Positions 58,016-64,000 of a stretch of 64,000 nucleotides of DNA are shown one piece after another (within the stretch, counting starts at the first letter, position 1; the number at the start of each line of letters is the position of its first letter). This DNA is from Vulcanimicrobiota bacterium. Lineage in GTDB: Bacteria; Vulcanimicrobiota; Vulcanimicrobiia; Vulcanimicrobiales; Vulcanimicrobiaceae. The translations under genes were made by a program, and so were the position numbers. The stretch is from NCBI GenBank assembly GCA_963833095.1, contig CAWHWQ010000002.1, forward strand, positions 275,094 through 339,093. The letters run 5' to 3'. Under the pieces are notes generated by a model, which saw nothing but the letters and a program-made list of their open reading frames with translations, was not told where the DNA came from and ran no database searches.

Positions 58016-58355
58016 GTGAATCTCCTTGGGCCAAAGGCCCGGGATTCACAGTTTCAACTTGAGCGACTTTGCCACCTCAGGTCACGACGAACTAATAGCG
58101 CCGTTCAGCTTGGAAAACGCGCGTCGATCTGCTTGCCGACGAACAGGAAAAATACGAGCGCCTGACGCGCGCTATTGGAAAAGAAAGACGCGCGGATTCG
58201 GACCAAGGCCGTGCGGACGAGCGACTTCAGGCCCTAATACGCCGCCGCGCAGCCATCTCGAACAACGCAACAATGAGGGCCCCGACCGCAGTTCGTCTCG
58301 TGGAGCGGCATCCTCAGGAGCGGATCGTTATCTTCCACGACGAGGCCCGTCAAAT

Positions 58356-58874
58356 ATGGAAATGAAGATGGCGATGGAAGCGCTCCGGAAAGAATTGCTC
58401 TTCCCTGAGATAGTTGATTGGCTGAACATCACCGTGCTTCCGTCCGAGGAGGCCGTTCGCGAGCAACTTGAACAAATAGCCAATCCCGTGCAGATGGCCA
58501 GAGAACCAGATCTTCAGGTGCATGTCGGCGATCTGGACGTCTGGCTCTACCTCGCGATCAATGAACTCAGCCCCAACGATCCATATGTGATCCAACAGGC
58601 TGGCTCGGGCAAAAAAATAATCGTGATCGTTAACGCGAGCCATCCCTACGTGAAGCAAATGAGCGGGGAGCAGTTTCAATATCACCTTCGCGAATGCGCC
58701 TACGACGCACTCTCGGAAGCTCGGGCCGAGCGGCTCCGATCAAAGATCGATCCAGACACCGTAAAACTCATCAAGGACGGCTTGCTGCGGGTGCCGTTCC
58801 TAATTGAGCAGCACGAGGCTGACAGCGCCGACGCCGAGACCGAAGACGACTCTGACGCGGCGACGTCCAGCTAA
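58356..58874 (+). CDS. Hypothetical protein, possibly the orphaned C-terminus of a GHKL/HATPase-type defence protein
   Basis: Clean 172-codon frame abutting the truncated helicase; IVIVNASHPY motif and an acidic tail. Confidence 0.4.
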   Translation: MEMKMAMEALRKELLFPEIVDWLNITVLPSEEAVREQLEQIANPVQMAREPDLQVHVGDLDVWLYLAINELSPNDPYVIQQAGSGKKIIVIVNASHPYVKQMSGEQFQYHLRECAYDALSEARAERLRSKIDPDTVKLIKDGLLRVPFLIEQHEADSADAETEDDSDAATSS

Positions 58875-58967
58875 GCCAGAAAGTGGGCGACGGCGCGAAG
58901 GACGCGGCCAAACACAGCGATTTAATCTACCGGCCATACAGATGGCATTCTCAGCGAATATTCTCAG

Positions 58968-59186
58968 TTAAGGAATTTTTCTCGGCAGAACTCCATTTAT
59001 TCGATCGACCTCCCCGGGCTTGGCTTCGCGGCCCATTGATAGTGCGTATACAACGTTGCGAGACAGGCCGCTTCGACGCCTGAACTCGGCAATGGTCAAT
59101 CCAGCGGCCTTTATTCGCCGTCGTAGGTCTTCGGCGCGGGCCTTCGCCACTGGGTCGACAATTTTAAGGCCGTTCTCTTCCCCCAT
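58968..59186 (-). CDS. Small XRE/Cro-like HTH protein (controller-like), divergent from the methyltransferase
   Basis: LRRRIKAAGLTIAEFRRRSGLSRNVVYALSMG HTH; palindrome TGCTGTACAGCA at 59188-59199. Confidence 0.7.
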   Translation of the reverse strand: MGEENGLKIVDPVAKARAEDLRRRIKAAGLTIAEFRRRSGLSRNVVYALSMGREAKPGEVDRINGVLPRKIP

Positions 59187-59297
59187 ATGCTGTACAGCAC
59201 GCGCTTGCCAGCCGCTATTCCTGCCGGGAGGGTTCTTGTGTTACAAAAACGCTCGACTATACTGGGCTCGTATTACGGAAACCGTTACGGGAGACAG

Positions 59298-60579
59298 ATG
59301 GCCAGACCGAAGTCCGCCGCCCCCAGGACCTCAATTGCCAACGTCCGATTAACTCAAGTCGAACGAGACTCAAATGGAAACCGTCTATCGTTCGCTGGGA
59401 TTCTCTTCGCTTAGCGATTATGTGCGTCACCTTCATCATCGCCACGTCGCGTCAGCCGAACAGGCGAAGAGCGAGAAGAAGCGAGAGACGCACTATCTGC
59501 GCCCAAGGCAGTTTCGCGAGGTCAGCAACGGCAGGATGTACCATGGCGACTCTCTCGGACTCATGCACCATACGCTTGAAGAGAGTTCTGTCGACCTGAT
59601 CATGACCTCGCCTCCGTTCGGACTCGTTCGGAAGAAGTCGTACGGAAACGAGGATGCGGATGCATATCTCGAATGGTTCAAGCCATTTGCAGAAGGCTTC
59701 AAGAGAGTGCTGAAGCCGAAAGGAAGCCTCGTCATAGACATCGGCGGCGCATGGAAACCAGGCATGCCAGTGCGGTCCCTATATCATTTCGAGCTTCTCG
59801 TCATGCTGTGCCGCAAGTTCGGATTCTATCTTTGCGAGGAACATTATTGGTGGAATCCGGCGAAGCTGCCGACGCCGGCGGAGTGGGTAAACATTCGCCG
59901 CGTGCGCGTGAAGGACGCAGTAAACGCGGTCTGGTGGCTGAGCAAGACGCCGTGGCCGAAAGCGAGCAACAAGCGTGTCCTCGCGCCGTACTCTGAGGCA
60001 ATGGAACACCTGTTGAAGAACGGCTACAAGGCGAAGTTACGGCCCTCGGGCCACGATATCAGCGAGAATTTCTCGAAGCGAAATGCGGGTTCGGTCCCAC
60101 CGAATCTGCTTGCCGTCGCGAACACGGAATCGAACGGGGCCTATCAGTCATACTGCAAGGAGAACGACCTTCCAGTGCATCCGGCGCGTTATCCCGATGC
60201 TCTGCCAGAATACTTCATCCGAATGTTGACGGACCCTGGGGACGTGGTGCTCGATCCGTTCGCAGGATCTTGCGTAACGGGCGAGGTCGCGGCCAGGTTG
60301 CAGCGCAAGTGGCTCTGTTGTGAGCTGGACGAGGATTATCTCCTAGGCGCGCTCGGTCGCTTTCAGAAGAATCGCGAACCGGTGGAGCGCAGCGGGAAGA
60401 CCTACTCGATATATCCGCCATGCTCATTGCCGCTCTATGATGCTGAACCGCTGCCAACTGACGGCGGCGCTAAGCGTCCTAGCAAGACGGAGCTAAGCCA
60501 AGAATCCAGGCTCTCTGCAACGAGATCGTCGAAATCTGCGATCGAGGGAACCCCGACAGGCAAGACCGCCACAGGCTGA
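59298..60579 (+). CDS. Beta-class N4-cytosine DNA methyltransferase (M.PvuII-like) with N-terminal RHH; frameshift near 59370
   Basis: MTSPPFGLVRKKSYGN, WNPAKLPTPAEWVN, RVKDAVN, RPSGHDI, HPARYP and LDPFAGS. The upstream frame MARPK..NVRLT..ER joins METVYRSLGFSSLSDYVR. Confidence 0.9.
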
Positions 60580-61706
60580 ATATCCCCGCGCGAAATCAGC
60601 GCCACCAAACTTCGGCCAAGCGTATTGTCAAGCGTGCCCGTCGATGGATAGCCGCGTGCATAGCGGACAATCTGTTCGACAGCAGACCGTAGCGCATCCC
60701 TTGCCGACGACTCAGATTGGAAGTACTTGGATTCGACGATAGCAATCGTCTCGCGTTGCGTCTCGTCAACGAGAACCAAATCAGGTCTGTCTGCGCCGAA
60801 AGGAGCGCCATACTCCTCAAGGATTGCCTCGACCTTGGCCTCGTATTTTTCGAGGGCAGGAGCAACATATCCGGGACCGTGTCTTTGCCAGTGGATGGCG
60901 AACCTTCCAATTCGGATAATTGGGGCGTCCATGGCGAACGTCAAGTTGTTAATTTGCATCGTCGCACCAAGGCGCTTCTCCATTGCTCCCGCGATGCCAA
61001 GTGCGGTCATCAGCTCAAAAGATTGCCAGTCTTTAAGCGGCGCGATCAGCGTCTCGCGAAGTATCGCGTTAATGGCTATTTCGTCGCCGTTTTCCACACG
61101 CGCTAGCAGTTCATAGGCTTCATATGCCTTACGATAGACAAGACGTCGGGAAGCTGCAGCCTGCTTTATTGATGTCGCTGACGGTTGCGCGGTCTGAAGT
61201 AGGGCCGTTTTCGACAAGGATCTTATCGCTTCGACGCGGCGCGCATCGTGCATGAGCTTTAGAGCCTCTTCGCGCATCGTTCCATAGGTTGAGTCACCGG
61301 CTGCGGCGAGAGCCTCCACGACCGATTGAGACTTGCGAAGGACCCACGCTACAAGCCGATTCGGGCCCCGATCGTACGTCCGTTTCGGCTCTCTATATAC
61401 GAAAAGCGCGGGATTGCCCGTTAAACGCTGTCGCGTCGCGGTTGCCAGGGCATCGACGCGCCCACGAATCCCTGCGGTGCCTTCGACAACGCCCGACGTC
61501 AGAATAGTTTCGAGCTCGTGTTTATGCTCGATTAAAAACCTCCAAAACTCCAACATCGTGGGTGACATTGCCCAGTGCGCGAGAAGAAACTCGCGATCCG
61601 CGTTCTTGTCGACGCGTGCACGTTCGATATTTGCTTGCTTACCCTTACGAAAGTAACGTAGAAGAACGCGGGCAATTGCATCGTCAAGCGCGATTCGTTC
61701 TCTCAT
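60435..61706 (-). CDS. McrC-like/DUF2357-type PD-(D/E)xK nuclease
   Basis: GIRGRVD...T, RTYDRGPNRLV and RPDLVLV...IVESKY...EQIVRY motifs; coupled to the McrB-like gene. Confidence 0.75.
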   Translation of the reverse strand: MRERIALDDAIARVLLRYFRKGKQANIERARVDKNADREFLLAHWAMSPTMLEFWRFLIEHKHELETILTSGVVEGTAGIRGRVDALATATRQRLTGNPALFVYREPKRTYDRGPNRLVAWVLRKSQSVVEALAAAGDSTYGTMREEALKLMHDARRVEAIRSLSKTALLQTAQPSATSIKQAAASRRLVYRKAYEAYELLARVENGDEIAINAILRETLIAPLKDWQSFELMTALGIAGAMEKRLGATMQINNLTFAMDAPIIRIGRFAIHWQRHGPGYVAPALEKYEAKVEAILEEYGAPFGADRPDLVLVDETQRETIAIVESKYFQSESSARDALRSAVEQIVRYARGYPSTGTLDNTLGRSLVALISRGDIQPVAVLPVGVPSIADFDDLVAESLDSWLSSVLLGRLAPPSVGSGSAS

Positions 61707-62797
61707 CAGATAGCCATCTCAGCCAAGCGCGATTCGAGATCGGCCGCAATAGCCTGATCCTGCGCCATCAGCAGCGCCTCAAAAATACCTTGATAGATTC
61801 GGGACGCTTGAACGCGCGTGATTCCATCTAGCATCGGAAAGATAAATGCTGATAGCCCGGAAACGTACGTTCGCCTTCCTTCCTGGTCGGCTATCCCGAA
61901 GAAATCAAAATCGCTCTTCCAAGAACGACAGAACGCGATTAACTCGATGAATGGAGCGGGCCCGATCTTCCGTTCAGCATTTATCGCCCGCCAGACAGCC
62001 GCGAGAGGTGGCGCGGCGCCAGCGCCAGGCGGTGGACCATACTTCTTACGCCCACAATACTCGACGATAAACCCGGCGAGATCAACCGGCACATCTACCA
62101 GAATCCAGGCAAAGCGACGAGTTAGTGCATATGACATCTGGTATAGCGACGCTTTATCGATGGAGTTAATTGTAGCCAGAATCCGCCAATACGGCGTCGG
62201 CGAGAATTCATGGTCTTGCTCTAACGGATTGTATTTGGGGAGAATGGTGTAACGAAGTGAATTCTTGTTTGCCGGGTCGGTCAGGTACGGCAGCGTCGAC
62301 GGCGCCCCCGCGAGGACGGTGAAAAGTGGCCCCAGCACCTTGTCTATGTCGCAGCGGTTCAGCTCGTCGATGATGAACGGCTTGTCGAAGTTGGTTAGCA
62401 AAACTCCAGGGACGAAAGCAAAGCCGTCTTTGACGGGCGAGTAACCACCGATTAGATCTTGGGACGTCCAATCGGATGAGCCGGTTACAAGCGCGTGGTC
62501 ATCGGCTAGCTGCGACGCGATATCGATGGCCAGTTGCGTCTTCCCCGTTCCCGGAGGCCCATAAAACATTAGGTGCCGCTTCCCGGACTTCAGCGCAGCG
62601 TTGATCTGTTCGTAGACGTCATCCGCGATACCAATGAGATCGTCATTCTTAACGACCTCGGGGATAGGGGCTTCGATGATTGATCCCGCCTTCTCTTCCG
62701 CCGCCACGGCTTCCGCATCCGCAATCGCTGTTGCAATTTTTTTTACAGCCTGCTCAACTTGCGTCGCGTCGCTTGCGTCAAAGGTTTCGAGCTTCAC
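61706..62797 (-). CDS. McrB-like AAA+ GTPase with almost no N-terminal DNA-binding domain
   Basis: FYGPPGTGKT, DLIGGY, IIDELNRCDIDKVLG, ATINSID (NxxD) and MSYALTRRF motifs. Confidence 0.88.
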   Translation of the reverse strand: MKLETFDASDATQVEQAVKKIATAIADAEAVAAEEKAGSIIEAPIPEVVKNDDLIGIADDVYEQINAALKSGKRHLMFYGPPGTGKTQLAIDIASQLADDHALVTGSSDWTSQDLIGGYSPVKDGFAFVPGVLLTNFDKPFIIDELNRCDIDKVLGPLFTVLAGAPSTLPYLTDPANKNSLRYTILPKYNPLEQDHEFSPTPYWRILATINSIDKASLYQMSYALTRRFAWILVDVPVDLAGFIVEYCGRKKYGPPPGAGAAPPLAAVWRAINAERKIGPAPFIELIAFCRSWKSDFDFFGIADQEGRRTYVSGLSAFIFPMLDGITRVQASRIYQGIFEALLMAQDQAIAADLESRLAEMAI

Positions 62798-63463
62798 AGG
62801 GCCACTCCATCGGCAACGTCGCTCTCGGCCACCGACCCGGGCGCGGCTTCGCTCATCCTTCTAACGGGATTGATATTGATGAAATCGACGACAGCCTCTG
62901 TTGCATCTTCATAGGTTATGGTAACGCCACCATTAACATAAGGCTGCGGGTTTTCGGAGGTTTTGAAGAGTCTGCGCGATCACGTACGGCTGTGGGTATT
63001 TTTCCTTCATGCGAAGCTCCCCGGACTCAGGGTTGAACGAGGCCGTATCGCCCGAAGTCGCGTCATTAGCAGCTAAGTTCACCGGTAGGTCTGGAAAGAC
63101 GAAGAGAATGAGCCATTCGAACTCGCGGTGCAGTAAATATTTTCCATCTTGCTTTACGGCGACAAGAACTCTTGTGGACAGTCCCATATGAATTGCTCGT
63201 GCAGCGTTGATACTCCCCGCGATTTTTTTCGCGCTATCGTGCGTGGGGAGCGACGCGACCACAACGCCATTTATTTCTTCGAGAATGAGAAGCCAATGGC
63301 CCGGCTTCGACCACTTTCCCTTATCGCTCCAGAAGCCCGTTGACGGGTCAACGTCGCCAGGGACCTGGTCGCGGCCGTTCTCGGCAATCTGGCGGCCCTT
63401 AGACTGCAAAATCGCCTTCGTCGCTCTCTGGACGGCCGCGCGGGCAGCCTTTGTGTCTTGCAT
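62794..63463 (-). CDS. Unknown protein upstream of the McrB-like gene; frameshift near 62970
   Basis: ORF 62933..63463 continues in another frame as LFKTSENPQPYVNGG...DVADGVAL*, whose TGA overlaps the GTG start of the GTPase (GTGA). Confidence 0.55.
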
Positions 63464-63531
63464 CGCGGAGAAGACCCCGTTCGTTACTAAAGCTATCTGA
63501 ACTCTAGCGTACTATCTGCCGCGCCCAAACG

Positions 63532-64000
63532 CTAGATACGACGGCGGCCCTCGAGCGCTCTTGCCAGCGTTACTTCATCCGCATAGTCTAAGTCGCCCCC
63601 AATGGGCAGACCGTAGGCCAAACGGCTCACCGCCATTCCAATAGGCAGCAGCAGCCGAGAAAGGTAGAGCGCGGTGGCCTCGCCTTCCGCGTTCGGATTC
63701 GTCGCGAGAATGATCTCGGTTGGACTCTCCAAACCGATGCGCTCGACCAGCTCCTTCACGCGCAGCTGTGCGGTGCCGATGCCATCCATGGGCGAGATCA
63801 AACCGCCGAGGACGTGGTAGCGGCCCTTGAACGCGCCGGTGCGTTCGATCGCGTAAATGTCTTTCGCTTCCGCGACGACGCAGATGATCGTGCGATCGCG
63901 CTCTTCGTCCGTGCAGAGGTCGCATGGATCTTCTTCCGTCAGCGAAAAGCACACCGAACAGAAGCGCACTTTATCTTTCACTGCGAGAATTGCTTCGGCG
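63532..64000 (-). CDS. recR: Recombination protein RecR (5' end outside the window)
   Basis: CSVC..C..C zinc finger, ICVVAE, YHVLGGLISPMDG, EGEATALY and RLAYGLPIGGDLDYADEVTLARALEGRR. Confidence 0.97.
   Translation of the reverse strand, partial: AEAILAVKDKVRFCSVCFSLTEEDPCDLCTDEERDRTIICVVAEAKDIYAIERTGAFKGRYHVLGGLISPMDGIGTAQLRVKELVERIGLESPTEIILATNPNAEGEATALYLSRLLLPIGMAVSRLAYGLPIGGDLDYADEVTLARALEGRRRI

Larger units (their letters stand above)
56890..58084 (-). mobile_element. IS3-family insertion sequence (IS407-like), 1195 bp
   Basis: 14-bp perfect terminal inverted repeats TGACCTGAGGTGGC (56890-56903 and 58071-58084); 4-bp target duplication CGAC; orfA plus orfB. Confidence 0.96.
56360..58365 (+). 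pseudogene. SF2 (DEAD/DEAH, XPB/type III R-like) helicase pseudogene interrupted by IS3
   Basis: Fragments RVWQ, VVTGAGKT, LVIVPS..LDQW, LVVDECYH, LGLSATPER and YTYKDALRD|IS|ELIAPF...RIVIFHD, with internal stops and frameshifts. Confidence 0.8.

Noticed and set aside
55968..63531. Prophage/ICE or att-bounded integrative element
   Set aside because: No integrase, phage or conjugation genes, no tRNA, and no direct repeat of the recR 3' end was found by eye.

Overview
GC-rich bacterial chromosome segment. The mix of outer-membrane barrels and lipoproteins, Firmicute-like ftsEX-envC-ctpA and minCDE-rodA synteny, and apparently leaderless genes suggests a diderm Terrabacteria lineage such as Eremiobacterota/Vulcanimicrobiota (inference only). 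From left to right: (1) a putative metal/electron-transfer operon with a Cyc2-like CXXCH cytochrome-porin, a type-1 copper lipoprotein, a SCO protein and a downstream response regulator; (2) an ftsEX operon carrying a PAS kinase, a REC-GGDEF protein, an M23 peptidase and two S41 proteases; (3) rne, a tandem-PilZ protein and rodA-minE-minD-minD-minC; (4) a small GIY-YIG nuclease gene enclosed by inverted arrays of a palindromic REP-like repeat; (5) a MoxR/DUF58/SpoIIM/RDD cluster; (6) a PHA cluster; (7) two-component and MacAB-type genes; (8) a roughly 7.5 kb, partly decayed defence island next to recR. The island holds an IS3-disrupted helicase, an XRE regulator, an M.PvuII-like m4C methyltransferase with a hidden N-terminal RHH domain, an McrC-like nuclease, an McrB-like GTPase and a coupled unknown gene. 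The same repeat (TTGTCATCCCGAGCGTA-[variable hairpin]-GNAGTCGAGGGA) occurs about 20 times in the window, including in frame inside two proteins. Best candidates for undescribed systems are the GIY-YIG/REP element, the Cyc2-cupredoxin-SCO module and the McrBC-m4C methylase locus. Several single-base frameshifts in unrelated housekeeping genes suggest assembly indels, so pseudogene calls need read-level checks. No rRNA, tRNA or CRISPR array was recognised. All family assignments are by motif recognition, not database search.
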